64,000 nucleotides of DNA from a candidate division WOR-3 bacterium (lineage in GTDB: Bacteria > Hydrothermota > Hydrothermia > LBFQ01). A program made the position numbers and the translations under genes. The DNA lies in assembly GCA_027050205.1 (NCBI GenBank), contig JALUCS010000104.1, forward strand, positions 1-64,000. The letters are read 5' to 3'. The stretch's first letter is position 1, and each line of letters starts with the position of its first letter. The notes below the pieces were generated by a model, which was given only the letters and a program-made list of their open reading frames with translations, did no database searches and had not been told where the DNA came from. Below are positions 10,143 to 20,190 of this stretch, one piece after another.

Positions 10143-11477
10143 GTGTATCTGGTAAGGTACTCGTCCGAGGTCTTCGTGAAGTCGGAGGGTGTCAAGAGGC
10201 AGTTCATACACCGTCTGGCCGAGAACTTGAGGGAAGCCCTTAGGAGGAAGGGGATAGAGGGGAAGGTCTCGCGGGATAGGGACAGGGTTTATGTATGGAC
10301 GGACGAGGACGCCGGGGAGGTCCTGAAACGCACCTTCGGGGTAGCCGCCTTCGCGAGGGCGGTTGAGTGGCCCTTTGAAGGGGTGGAGGACCTTAAAAGG
10401 AGGTTGGTTGAGGCCTTCGCCGACGAGGTAAAGGGGAAACTCTTCGCCATCCGCGTTAAGGTTAGGGACAGGGTAATGTCCTCGCAGAAACTGGAGAGGG
10501 AACTGGGGGGCGCCCTCTACCCCTACGCCGCCGGCGTAAATCTGACCTCCCCGGACGTACAGATAAACGTTGAGATAAGGGGCGAACGGACGTATATCTA
10601 TCACCGGTGGGAGAAGGGACCGGGAGGACTACCCGTAGGCACCCAGTCCAAGGCCCTCGCCCTCGTATCCGGAGGGTTTGACTCCCCCGTGGCGGCGTGG
10701 TACGCCCTCAAGAGGGGTGTAAAGCTCCACTTCGTCCTCTACGACCTCGGTGGGGAGGACCACGTTAAGGGAACCTTCGCCATACTGAAGCGGCTCTACG
10801 AGGATTGGATATTCGGCTATATACCGAAGTTCTACGTCGTGGACTTCTCCCCCGTCCTATCCGCCCTCTTCTCCGTAAGGAGAGACCTACGCCTGATCGT
10901 CCTCAAGAGGGTGATGTATCGGGTGGGGGAACTGCTCTCTAAGAGCATAAAGGCGGAGGCCATAATCACGGGTGAGTCCATAGGTCAGGTCTCCACCCAG
11001 ACCCTCCCCAACCTCCGGGTCATAGAGGAGGCGGTTAGGATACCCGTCCTTAGACCCCTACTCTCCTTTGACAAGGAGGAGATAATAGCGAAGGCGAGGG
11101 ACCTGGGGATATACGAGCTTTCCGCCTCCATACCCGAATTCTGCGCCATAGCCACCTCCTCCCCCGTACGCACCCGCCTAAGGGAGGTGAAAGCCGAGGA
11201 GGAGAAGGTGTTAGGGGCCATAGAGGAGGCTCTGGAGGATGTGAGGCTACTGGACCTAAGGCGGGAATACGAGGAGGCTGACCCCCTCAAAGCCCCCAAG
11301 GACATAGAAGGGGAGAGGATACCCGTCTCCCCCCAGAACTTTGGCGACCTCCTGAAGGAGGACCTACCCAAGGACAGGACCTACATCTTCGTATGCCAGA
11401 GGGGGAGGTTGAGCCGTCAGGCGGCCAAAATCTTCCGGAGGAGGGGCTACCGGGCGTACTACGATACCTACACCTGA
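10143..11477 (+). CDS. thiI: tRNA 4-thiouridine synthase ThiI with C-terminal rhodanese-like domain
   Basis: THUMP region, PP-loop 'SGGFDSPVA', 'TGESIGQVSTQT', 'EFCA', C-terminal 'VCQRGRLS'; start reassigned to GTG 10143, 7 nt after TACAAT. Confidence 0.92.
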   Translation: MYLVRYSSEVFVKSEGVKRQFIHRLAENLREALRRKGIEGKVSRDRDRVYVWTDEDAGEVLKRTFGVAAFARAVEWPFEGVEDLKRRLVEAFADEVKGKLFAIRVKVRDRVMSSQKLERELGGALYPYAAGVNLTSPDVQINVEIRGERTYIYHRWEKGPGGLPVGTQSKALALVSGGFDSPVAAWYALKRGVKLHFVLYDLGGEDHVKGTFAILKRLYEDWIFGYIPKFYVVDFSPVLSALFSVRRDLRLIVLKRVMYRVGELLSKSIKAEAIITGESIGQVSTQTLPNLRVIEEAVRIPVLRPLLSFDKEEIIAKARDLGIYELSASIPEFCAIATSSPVRTRLREVKAEEEKVLGAIEEALEDVRLLDLRREYEEADPLKAPKDIEGERIPVSPQNFGDLLKEDLPKDRTYIFVCQRGRLSRQAAKIFRRRGYRAYYDTYT

Positions 11478-11864
11478 TCACTCCCCGTACTCCAAGAAGC
11501 AGTTAACCGAGTCCTTCCCCTCCCTTAGATAGACCCGGACGGTGGGGTTTATCCACTTTTCGGTGTAGGAGTTGTTCCATACGACGAAGTGGAGGTTGCC
11601 CGCCTTGTTCAGGTAGCACGTGAAGGTGCTGTCTCCCTCAAGGGTGTGCATGCTCCAGCTGGAATCTCCGTTCCTGCGGAAGTAGGAGAAGCCCTTGTCG
11701 TCGTAGAGGACAACGGAGTAGTCGTCGGGATCCGCGCCGGAGACCTTGAGGACGAGGACCTTATCCGCCGGGACCTTCAGGGAGAAGCTCTTACTGTAGC
11801 GGGGGTGTATCCTGAAGCTCTTCTCAAATATCAAGCTATCGGCCGCCAACATCCACAGGAGCAT
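11478..11864 (-). CDS. Hypothetical exported protein (GOLD-like beta sandwich possible)
   Basis: TAAAAT 6 nt upstream; hydrophobic start; 'LHFVVWNNS'. Confidence 0.5.
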   Translation of the reverse strand: MLLWMLAADSLIFEKSFRIHPRYSKSFSLKVPADKVLVLKVSGADPDDYSVVLYDDKGFSYFRRNGDSSWSMHTLEGDSTFTCYLNKAGNLHFVVWNNSYTEKWINPTVRVYLREGKDSVNCFLEYGE

Positions 11865-12056
11865 AGGGAAATTTTAAGGGTGTATATCTGGTATCCTGCA
11901 AGCGATAGCGAAACCCTCCGGTGTTATGCCCTGCGAGTTCCGAAATTTGCCTGACAGTCTTCCAAGATCCGACTGTCCATCGTCCCATAGGCGTATCGGG
12001 CCGGTAGGGCCATTTATCACTCCACCAGCGTACAGGGGGCCACCAGTTTCAATTTT

Positions 12057-12122
12057 TTAAAACACGACTTACAGTTTTCGCAACTCCAACTTTAAGGATC
12101 TTGAAGTCCGGCTTTAAAATAT
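12057..12122 (+). repeat. 22-bp unit array (3 units)
   Basis: ttaaaacacgacttacagtttt / cgcaactccaactttaaggatc / ttgaagtccggctttaaaatat. Confidence 0.65.
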
Positions 12123-12129
12123 TTACACC

Positions 12130-12990
12130 ATGAGGGAAGAAGTAAGGAGGATCCTGAAGATGCTGGAGGAAGGCCGTATAACGGCCGAGGAGGCCGAGAG
12201 GCTCATAACCGCCCTGGAGGAGAGGGCGAGGGAAGAAGAGGAACCTGAAAGGCCCGACTGGGGGTGGGGTGGTCCCCGCAGGAGGAGGAGACGGATACAC
12301 TGGGAGGAGGGGCCGACCTCCTTTGACGAGGCCATCTCTAACCTCGTGATGGGGGTACTCTCTACGACCTTCAAGGCCCTGTCCCAGACCTTTCGTTTCG
12401 TACCCGTACCCGGTACGGGGGAACTCCGGGAGATCTTCGCCGAGATAGCCGAGGGTATAGAGAAGTTCGGGCCGGATAGTGTGGATATCCCCCAAGGCGC
12501 GTACGTCGTGAAGCTCGTTGAAGGGGACCTTGAGGTTAGCACCTCCCCGGAGTCGGATCTCAAACCGGGGATGTACCGCAGGAAGCGGCTCGTCGTCCCT
12601 CCCGGCTCCAACGTCGCCCTCTTCGTAGTTGATGGCAACATCTCCATAACCGGGGATTACGGCGAGGTGGTGGCCCAGACCGTAGACGGCGACGTAAAGG
12701 TGAGGGGGAAGTTCTCCCGTATGGCCGTAAGCGTGGTGGACGGGGACGTAGAGGTTGAGTTCTACGGTAAGGGCCTGACGGCGAACGTAAGGGTCTTCAG
12801 CGGGGAGATCTTAACCGACGCCCCTATAGACAGGTCCGGCCGGATAGTCCTTGGAGATGGAAGCAGCCTCCTTGAGGGGAGGATAGTGGACGGGGATTTA
12901 AGGGTGGCCCTGGTATCCGGGGAGGCCGAGCGTCCGCACCCTCCGCACCATCACCCCGACGAGCCACCACCACCTGAAAGGAAGGAGTAG
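12130..12990 (+). CDS. SHOCT-like N-terminus plus DUF4097-like beta-helix protein
   Basis: 'RRILKMLEEGRITAEEAERLI' and repeated 'VDGDV' motifs. Confidence 0.75.
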   Translation: MREEVRRILKMLEEGRITAEEAERLITALEERAREEEEPERPDWGWGGPRRRRRRIHWEEGPTSFDEAISNLVMGVLSTTFKALSQTFRFVPVPGTGELREIFAEIAEGIEKFGPDSVDIPQGAYVVKLVEGDLEVSTSPESDLKPGMYRRKRLVVPPGSNVALFVVDGNISITGDYGEVVAQTVDGDVKVRGKFSRMAVSVVDGDVEVEFYGKGLTANVRVFSGEILTDAPIDRSGRIVLGDGSSLLEGRIVDGDLRVALVSGEAERPHPPHHHPDEPPPPERKE

Positions 12991-13023
12991 CCTACAGGGG
13001 CGGCCTTAGAATAGGTTCCGAGG

Positions 13024-13920
13024 ATGAAGGTTGCCGTTATAGGGGACGTGATGTTGGACGAATACGCCTTCGGTAGGGTGGAGAGGATATCGCCGGAGGC
13101 CCCCGTCCCCGTTTTCAACTACGTGAGCAGCAAGTTCCTACCCGGTGGTGCGGCCAACGTCGCCCTTAACCTCGCTCGCCTCGGCGTCCAAGTCCATCTC
13201 TACGGCATAGTGGGCGACGACCCCGACGGCGAAGAGGTGGAGCTCCTCTGCGAGAGCGTGAGCATAGTCCCCAGGTTCGTCAGGAGCAAACTCCGTACCC
13301 TCAAGAAGACCCGCCTCCTGTCCAAGTATCACCACGTCCTGCGGATAGACTACGAGGAGAGGTTCCTGAAGGAGGACGCCCTCTCCCTCCTTGACCTCAT
13401 AAGGCGGGACGATTACGACGCCGTAGTGGTGTCCAACTACGACAAGGGGACGGTGGTGGAGGAGACCCTCTCCTTCGTAAAGGAGGCCTTCCCCTCAACC
13501 TTCAAGGCCATAGACCCCAAGTCCCTCTTCTGGAAGTCCGTCGGCTTTGACCTCGTTAAACCCAACTTAAGCGAACTCCGGAGGGCTATGGGGATGGCCC
13601 TTGAGGACATAGACGAGGTGAGGGAGGCCTCGGAGATAGCCTACGAGAAGTTGGGGGTTAGGGCGGTCGTCTCCACGATGGGGGACAGGGGGATGTGGGT
13701 GGTATCCGAAGAGGGGGAGTTCTACGTACCTGCCCTAAAGAGGGAGGTCATAGACATAACGGGGGCGGGGGATACCGTCCTCGCCTGGGTGGTGTGGGCC
13801 AGACTCCAAGGGTACTCCTGGAAGGAGGCGGGGGAGATAGCATCAAAGGCGGCCGCTCTCACTGTTTCACACCTCGGAGCCTACGCACCGACGTACGACG
13901 AGGTAATAGGAGAGGCCTAA
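13024..13920 (+). CDS. rfaE1: D-glycero-beta-D-manno-heptose-7-phosphate kinase (RfaE domain I/HldA)
   Basis: 'GDVMLDEY..G.VERISPEAPVPV', 'GGAANVA', 'DITGAGDT'. Confidence 0.9.
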   Translation: MKVAVIGDVMLDEYAFGRVERISPEAPVPVFNYVSSKFLPGGAANVALNLARLGVQVHLYGIVGDDPDGEEVELLCESVSIVPRFVRSKLRTLKKTRLLSKYHHVLRIDYEERFLKEDALSLLDLIRRDDYDAVVVSNYDKGTVVEETLSFVKEAFPSTFKAIDPKSLFWKSVGFDLVKPNLSELRRAMGMALEDIDEVREASEIAYEKLGVRAVVSTMGDRGMWVVSEEGEFYVPALKREVIDITGAGDTVLAWVVWARLQGYSWKEAGEIASKAAALTVSHLGAYAPTYDEVIGEA

Positions 13921-13964
13921 TTCGGGGCTGACGCATATCGGCAACCGTATAATACGCAGTTATT

Positions 13965-14411
13965 ATGCTCGGAGAGAAGGGAAAGGAGATAGAGAGGAAG
14001 GCGGAGGAGATGGCGGAGAAGTTGGCGGACGAGATGCACTTTACGTTGGTGGACGTGGAGTGGAAGGAGGGGAAGAGGGGAACCCTACGCATTTTCATAG
14101 ACAAGGAGGGCGGGATAACCATAAGGGACGTGGAGAGGTTCTCAAGGGCGTACTCCGATATGTTAGACGCCGAGGACTTCATAGACCAGTCCTACGTCCT
14201 TGAGGTGTCCTCTCCGGGTTTGGACAGGAAACTCGTCAAGCCGAGGGAGATAAACTGGGCGATAGGGAAGCGGGTCGTCCTCGTCCTCAAGGATGGGAGG
14301 ACCTACAGAGGGGTCCTTGACTACTACAACGAGGAGGAGAACACTGTAGGCGTGAGCGGTAAGTTCTTCAACCTTGAGGACGTCGCCCTCTTGAGGTTGG
14401 ACGAGGTTTAA
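13965..14411 (+). CDS. rimP: Ribosome maturation factor RimP
   Basis: 'LRIFIDK', 'YVLEVSSPGLDR'; lies upstream of nusA. Confidence 0.93.
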   Translation: MLGEKGKEIERKAEEMAEKLADEMHFTLVDVEWKEGKRGTLRIFIDKEGGITIRDVERFSRAYSDMLDAEDFIDQSYVLEVSSPGLDRKLVKPREINWAIGKRVVLVLKDGRTYRGVLDYYNEEENTVGVSGKFFNLEDVALLRLDEV

Positions 14412-14424
14412 AAAGGAGGTAAGG

Positions 14425-15663
14425 ATGGAAGCCAGAATAAGGTTCAACGAGTTAAGGTTGGCCCTTGAGGAGTTCGCCAACAAGCACGGCGTAGACTCCA
14501 GAAGGGTGGGGAAGGTCTTGGAGGCCGCCCTGAAACGTACCTTTGAGCATAAGTACCGGTACGCCCACCCCAAACCGGAGGTTGAGGCCCACGTAGACCT
14601 TGACAGGGGAGACATAAAGGTTATCCTGAAGTATCCCGACGACGAGAAGAAGACGGAGGTCATATATCCAACGGACTTGAGCATAGACGACGTACATACC
14701 CTCAAGAACTACTTCGTCCAGATGATAAAGTACGACATCCAGAGGTCCAAGCTGGCCAAGCTAACGCCTTTCATAGGGAAGATCGTTTCGGGTAAGGTGC
14801 AGAAGGTGGACAAGAGACGGGGGGTCCTCGTGGGGGTCACCGTCAACGACGTAGCCGTTGAGGGGCGTATAGAGCAGTCGGGGATGGTCAAAGACGAGAT
14901 ATACAGGCCTGGTCAGGAGATAGACGCCGTCGTCTTGAGCATAGAGGAGAAGAGCGCCTACCCCCTCGTCCTCTCCCGGACCCACCCCTTCTACGTGAGG
15001 GCCTTACTTGAGAAGATACCGGAGGTGGCCGACGGGACGGTGCAGATAAAGGCCATAGCCCGTGAGGCCGGCGTGATGACCAAGGTCGCCGTATCCACCA
15101 CGGACCCCTTCGTAAACCCCGTCACCAGCCTCGTCGGTAAGAAGGGGGTCAGGTTGAGGGACCTGAAGCGCCGGCTACCCAAGGGGGAAAGCATAGAGGT
15201 GGTGGAGTACGATCCCGACAGGGTTAGGTTCGCCGTCCTGGCTTTGGCACCGGCGGAGAACGCCGTAGCAGCGTACGAGACGGAGGACGAGATAAGGGTC
15301 TTCTACGAGAGCGAGGACGACCTCGGCCGTGCCAAGGGGAAGGAGGGTATAAACGTAAAGTTGGCCTCAAGGCTCGTAGGTAAGACCATAATGGCCCTAC
15401 CCGTATCCGAGTACGAGCCTCCGGAGGAGGGGGTGACCCTCTACGACCTGAAGGACAAACTCCCCCCACAGATATACGAGAAGATGAAGAGGGCCGCCCT
15501 CGTGTATTTCAAGAAGTTGCCGCCCCTCGTCCATATCCAGCGGCTCCTTGACGTAGATGAGGCTACGGCCATAAGAGTCCTGGACATAGTGGAGGAGGCC
15601 CTTCAGGAGAAGGCGAGCAGGAAAGCAGCGGTAAAGGAAGAGGAGAAGACGGAAAATGCGTAG
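14425..15663 (+). CDS. nusA: Transcription factor NusA (divergent)
   Basis: S1 domain, 'LSRTHP', 'AREAG..KVAV', 'GKEGINVKLASRL'; synteny; SD AGGAGG. Confidence 0.9.
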   Translation: MEARIRFNELRLALEEFANKHGVDSRRVGKVLEAALKRTFEHKYRYAHPKPEVEAHVDLDRGDIKVILKYPDDEKKTEVIYPTDLSIDDVHTLKNYFVQMIKYDIQRSKLAKLTPFIGKIVSGKVQKVDKRRGVLVGVTVNDVAVEGRIEQSGMVKDEIYRPGQEIDAVVLSIEEKSAYPLVLSRTHPFYVRALLEKIPEVADGTVQIKAIAREAGVMTKVAVSTTDPFVNPVTSLVGKKGVRLRDLKRRLPKGESIEVVEYDPDRVRFAVLALAPAENAVAAYETEDEIRVFYESEDDLGRAKGKEGINVKLASRLVGKTIMALPVSEYEPPEEGVTLYDLKDKLPPQIYEKMKRAALVYFKKLPPLVHIQRLLDVDEATAIRVLDIVEEALQEKASRKAAVKEEEKTENA

Positions 15664-17782
15664 GAAGGGACCCGTACCCCTGTACGAGCTGGCGGAGGAG
15701 TTGAAGGTAGACCCTAAGGTCGTTATACAGATCCTCCGGGAGAACGGCTACAAACACGTCCGGAGCCGGACCCACAACCTCAACCGAGAGATGGAGATGC
15801 TCGTACGCCGCAAGATAGAGGAGCAGAGGCGTCAGATTTCCCGCGAGCTTAGCGTCAAGAAACAGATATACGGCACTACCACCCCCACCACCCAGCAACC
15901 GAGGAGGGGAAAGAAGAAGGACGAGCGCCGGCGTGAGGAGAGGGGGCCTCGCCACACCAAGAAACTGACCAAGAGCCGTACCAAACCCAAGCCCAAGAAG
16001 AAGGAGGAGCCGAAGAAGCAAGTTGAGAGGATAATCGTAACGGGGCCGATGTCTCTACGGGAGTTCGCCGATGCCATAGGTCGGGACCCGGAGGAGGTCA
16101 TAAAGAAGGCCTTTGAGATGGGGACTCTCCTGACCATCAACCACATCCTTGAGCCGGATATGATAGAGGTCCTCGCCCACGAGTTCGGGGTTGAGGTGGC
16201 TTACTCCGAAGCTGCCGAGGAGTTGGTGGAAGAGGACGAGAGCCTCTACTCCGACTGGAGGCCGAGGCCCCCCATCGTCACCGTAATGGGCCACGTAGAC
16301 CACGGTAAGACCACCCTCCTTGATGCCATAAGGGGAACGAGCGTCGCCGCCCAGGAGGCTGGCGGCATAACCCAGAGCATAGGGGCGTGGAGGGTGAGGA
16401 AGGGGGACTACGAGATCATCTTCATAGACACCCCCGGCCACGAGGCCTTCACGGCTATGAGGGCCAGAGGGGCGCAGGTGACGGACATGGTGGTCCTCGT
16501 GGTGGCGGCCAACGAGGGGGTGAAGCCGCAAACCGTTGAGGCCATAAACCACGCCAAGACGGCCGGTGTCCCCATAATCGTGGCCATAAACAAGATAGAC
16601 GTACCGGGGGCCGACCCTATGATGGTCAAGAACCAGCTGATGAAGTACGGCCTGGTGCCGGAGGAGTACGGTGGGGATACCATAATGGTTGAGGTCTCCG
16701 CCCTGAAGAAGATAGGCATAGACGACCTCCTTGACGCCATCATCCTTAAGGCCGAGGAGATGGAACTGAAGGCCCCGTACAAGGGACCGGCGAGGGCCGT
16801 AGTCATAGAGTCGCGGATGGATACGAGGGGGAGGGGTCCCCTCGGAAGCATCATCGTCCAGAAGGGTACCTTAAACGTGGGGGATGCCTTCTGGTGCGGC
16901 CCCACCTACGGTAAGGTCAGGGCTATGTACGACGAGGCCAACCGTCGGGTGAAGGAGGCCACGCCGGCCACCCCCGTGATAGTTCAGGGGTTTGAGGAGG
17001 TGCCGAGGGCCGGAGACATCCTCGTGGTGGTCCCGTCCATACAGGAGGCGAAGGAGAGAGCCGAGGAGTACCGCAAGACGATGAAGTACCAGATAGAGAA
17101 GCGGATAGACGTCAAGATAATGCGCCGCATCCAGGAGAAGCTCCAGGCCGGTGAGAAGCTCAAGGTACCCGTAGTAGTCAAGGCCGACACACAAGGCTCC
17201 GTTGAGGCCCTCGTGCAGGCCATCCATAAGATGAAGTACAAGGAGATAGAACCCCAGGTCATACACAGCGGGGTCGGACCCGTGACCATAACCGACGTGG
17301 ACCTCGCCACGGCCGCCGAGGGTGTGATACTCGGATTCAACACGAAGGTAAACAGCGATGCCAGACAGCTCGCCGAGGCGAGGGGGGTACCCATCCGGAC
17401 CCACAAGGTCATATACCACCTGTTGGACGACCTCAAGAACATACTGGCCAGCAACCTTGAGCCGGAGGTTGAGGAGGTCAAGATAGGGGAGGCCGAGGTG
17501 AAGGCCACCTTCAGCACGAAGGCGGGGACGGTGGCCGGTTGCTTCGTTAAGTCCGGTAAGATAACCCGCGATGCCATAGTTAAGGTCGTACGGGACGGAG
17601 AGGTCATAGCCCAGAGCCGCATAGCCTCCCTAAAGCGGTACAAGGACGACGTTCGGGAGGTACCGGAGGGGTACGAGTGCGGCGTCAGGCTTGAGAGCTT
17701 CAACAAGTTCAAGGTTGGAGACATCTTTGAGGTATATACGAGGGTGGAGAAGCCGAGGACCCTGACGGAGGTGGAGGAGTAG
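15656..17782 (+). CDS. infB: Translation initiation factor IF-2
   Basis: 'GHVDHGKTT', 'DTPGHEAF', 'NKID', 'GYECG'. Confidence 0.98.
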   Translation: MRRKGPVPLYELAEELKVDPKVVIQILRENGYKHVRSRTHNLNREMEMLVRRKIEEQRRQISRELSVKKQIYGTTTPTTQQPRRGKKKDERRREERGPRHTKKLTKSRTKPKPKKKEEPKKQVERIIVTGPMSLREFADAIGRDPEEVIKKAFEMGTLLTINHILEPDMIEVLAHEFGVEVAYSEAAEELVEEDESLYSDWRPRPPIVTVMGHVDHGKTTLLDAIRGTSVAAQEAGGITQSIGAWRVRKGDYEIIFIDTPGHEAFTAMRARGAQVTDMVVLVVAANEGVKPQTVEAINHAKTAGVPIIVAINKIDVPGADPMMVKNQLMKYGLVPEEYGGDTIMVEVSALKKIGIDDLLDAIILKAEEMELKAPYKGPARAVVIESRMDTRGRGPLGSIIVQKGTLNVGDAFWCGPTYGKVRAMYDEANRRVKEATPATPVIVQGFEEVPRAGDILVVVPSIQEAKERAEEYRKTMKYQIEKRIDVKIMRRIQEKLQAGEKLKVPVVVKADTQGSVEALVQAIHKMKYKEIEPQVIHSGVGPVTITDVDLATAAEGVILGFNTKVNSDARQLAEARGVPIRTHKVIYHLLDDLKNILASNLEPEVEEVKIGEAEVKATFSTKAGTVAGCFVKSGKITRDAIVKVVRDGEVIAQSRIASLKRYKDDVREVPEGYECGVRLESFNKFKVGDIFEVYTRVEKPRTLTEVEE

Positions 17783-17791
17783 GCCCTCCCG

Positions 17792-18844
17792 TTAAGCCGT
17801 CTTGGCGTACGCCTCCCTTATGAGGCGTAGGTACTCCTCGGAGGGTTCAACTCCCCTGCGGGCCATGACCCTGCGGGCGACCTCTATCGCCTTATCAAGG
17901 CGCATCCTCCCTCCCCCCGTCCAGTAGAAGTCGGGGACGAACTTGGGAGTGGGGGAGTCGGCCGCCGTAATGTTGGCGAATATCCCTATCACCGTCCCCG
18001 TTGAAACGGTGGTGTTTATCCCCACCTTGGCGTGGTCCCCGAAGAAGGCTCCAAGGAACTGCATCCCCGTCTCCACCGTTCCCTTGGCAGCGTAGGAGTA
18101 CACCTTAACCTTCCCGTAGGTGTTCTTCAGGTTGCTCACCTCCGTGCCGGCCCCTACGTTTACCCACTCGCCCACGTAGGAGTGGCCTATGAAACCGGCG
18201 TGCTGTTTGTTGGCGTAGGCGGAGAAGACGGTGTAGGAGATCTCACCGGCCACCTTACATACCGGACCAACGACGGATACGGAAATGGAGGAGAAGGGCT
18301 TGATGAGGGAGCGTTTGCCGACGTAGAAGGGACCCTTGAGGTAGGAAAATGGACCTAAGGACGCCCCCTCGTCTATCAAGCCCGGACCCTCTATCTCCAC
18401 AAAGCGGGTGGAAACGCTCCGGTGGATGTGCGCCTCCTCGTGTCGGAAGAACTCCTCCCTCCTCCTTGAGACCTCCAACTCTACGTCGCGGGGTAGGACC
18501 TCCTCCAGAATGTGGGGAATCTGCCAGAAGTCGCTTACGACGATGCCAGCGACCTCTTGGCCGTCGTAGGCTCCCCTCTCAAGGACGTCTCTGGCGACCT
18601 CCTCCCTATCCGCCCATACTCCCACGACCCTCCCATTTACAGCCACGACACCCCTCTCCGGCAACCGGTGGAGGACGACGTTGGGTAGGATGTATAACCT
18701 ACCCTCCATCCCCTCACTCAACCGCTCTATCCTCTCGGCGAAGGTGTATATGCCACTTCGTAGGTCCTCCACCCCCTTAAGGAAGGTGAAGGGCAGGAAC
18801 CTCTCAACCGTCCCGTCTTCGTAAAGGAACCTTATCTCCACCAT
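17792..18844 (-). CDS. Alternative GlmU-like sugar nucleotidyltransferase/hexapeptide protein
   Basis: 'LRSGIYT', 'NKQHAGFIGHSYVGEWVNVGAGT..SNLKN'. Confidence 0.8.
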   Translation of the reverse strand: MVEIRFLYEDGTVERFLPFTFLKGVEDLRSGIYTFAERIERLSEGMEGRLYILPNVVLHRLPERGVVAVNGRVVGVWADREEVARDVLERGAYDGQEVAGIVVSDFWQIPHILEEVLPRDVELEVSRRREEFFRHEEAHIHRSVSTRFVEIEGPGLIDEGASLGPFSYLKGPFYVGKRSLIKPFSSISVSVVGPVCKVAGEISYTVFSAYANKQHAGFIGHSYVGEWVNVGAGTEVSNLKNTYGKVKVYSYAAKGTVETGMQFLGAFFGDHAKVGINTTVSTGTVIGIFANITAADSPTPKFVPDFYWTGGGRMRLDKAIEVARRVMARRGVEPSEEYLRLIREAYAKTA

Positions 18845-19176
18845 TACTTTCCGGCGAGGTAGGAAGACAGGATTATGACGAGGCCCCCGGTGAAGGCACC
18901 GAGGATACCGCCGTTGAAGGCCTTCTTGGCCGCCTTGGGCTTAAGCTCCGGTATGGGGGTCATCTGACGGGCTACGGTGCTGTAGGCGAGACAACCCAGA
19001 CCTCCGGTACCTGCTCCTACGAGTATGGGCATAAAGCCGCCCAACCCCATCGCGGCATAGAAGCCAAGGGTTTCCATACCGGCGACGGCGCAGCAGGAGG
19101 AGTAGTACCAGAAGTTCTCACTACCCTTGGGCAGGGTGGTATCGGGTACAGCGCTTAGAAGCAAACCTAAAAGCAT
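18844..19176 (-). CDS. Hypothetical Gly/Cys-rich membrane protein
   Basis: TAGAAT 8 nt upstream; glycine-zipper helices. Confidence 0.6.
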   Translation of the reverse strand: MLLGLLLSAVPDTTLPKGSENFWYYSSCCAVAGMETLGFYAAMGLGGFMPILVGAGTGGLGCLAYSTVARQMTPIPELKPKAAKKAFNGGILGAFTGGLVIILSSYLAGK

Positions 19177-19218
19177 ACGCTTCTATTCTACGGGTGTAGC
19201 CCCTTTAGAATAGGCTCG

Positions 19219-19806
19219 GTGAAGGGAGACCTAAGGTGGAGGCTTGGGAAGTTCCTCGCCTGGCTCCTTATGAGGTACCTGTGGGGGATAAGGGGAAAGG
19301 GCTTGGAGGATCCTCCGCCTCCGCCCGTCATCGTCGCCGCCAACCACTCCTCCTACATGGACCCTCCCCTCATAATGGCCCTGTGGCCGAGGGAGGTCTA
19401 CTTCGTCGCCCACGGCGGCCTCTTCGTAAATCCCCTGTTCGGCGCCTTCCTCCGCTTCTTCCACGCCTTGCCCCTTCCGGGGGCCTACAGGGAGGCTCAC
19501 AGGCTCCTTAGACAGGGGTACGACGTCGCCATCTTCCCCGAAGGCGGCAGGAACAGGCTCCCGGAGGTAAAGCCCGGCACCTTCCGCATCTCAAGGCGAC
19601 TGGGGGTACCCGTGGTGGTCTTCAAGATCCACAACAACGACGGACGTCCCCCCTTCAAGTGGATCAGGTGGTTTCTCCTAAGGGACTTCTATATGGAGAA
19701 GGTAGGGGTGCTTAGGCCGGAAGATTACGCAGGGGAGGAGGAGATGATGGAGGCCTTCAGGTCCCTCGTCTTTGAAGGGACCACCGAAGATAAGCGAGGG
19801 GGTTAG
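19219..19806 (+). CDS. plsC: 1-acyl-sn-glycerol-3-phosphate acyltransferase family
   Basis: 'NHSSYMD' and 'IFPEG' motifs. Confidence 0.85.
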   Translation: MKGDLRWRLGKFLAWLLMRYLWGIRGKGLEDPPPPPVIVAANHSSYMDPPLIMALWPREVYFVAHGGLFVNPLFGAFLRFFHALPLPGAYREAHRLLRQGYDVAIFPEGGRNRLPEVKPGTFRISRRLGVPVVVFKIHNNDGRPPFKWIRWFLLRDFYMEKVGVLRPEDYAGEEEMMEAFRSLVFEGTTEDKRGG

Positions 19807-19884
19807 GGATAATTCTACATCTTCAACGTACCGTGTTGAACCAAGGATAATTTAGTACATACGCCTCCTTAGATTACCGGTACC

Positions 19885-20190
19885 ATGCTCAAGATAGTCT
19901 TCGCAGGAGCGTTAAGCTTGGGATACTACACGGGGATGGACCTTCCGAGGTCTCCCCACAGCATAGCCGAGGTCAGGGAAGCTTACGTAAGGACCGCCGA
20001 GTATGTGCGCACATCGGCCGGGAATGACAACCGCTTACCAAGGGCGGCGCTCTTCGGCCTCATCGGTGCCACGGCCGGGGGTGGGGCTGGGTGCTGCTTG
20101 GACCTCGCAACCGGATGTTTGCCGATCGGGACGTGCGGAGGGGCCTGTATGGGAGGATTGGTCGGCGGACTGGTGGGATACGCCTTTTAG
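19885..20190 (+). CDS. Hypothetical Cys-rich glycine-zipper protein
   Basis: C-terminal 'GGGAGCC..GC..GTCGGACMGGLVGG'; TAGATT 9 nt upstream. Confidence 0.55.
   Translation: MLKIVFAGALSLGYYTGMDLPRSPHSIAEVREAYVRTAEYVRTSAGNDNRLPRAALFGLIGATAGGGAGCCLDLATGCLPIGTCGGACMGGLVGGLVGYAF

Noticed and set aside
19183..19197. 15-bp match CTATTCTACGGGTGT with 55743-55757
   Set aside because: Largely the shared TAGAAT promoter box; one copy is coding; probably convergence
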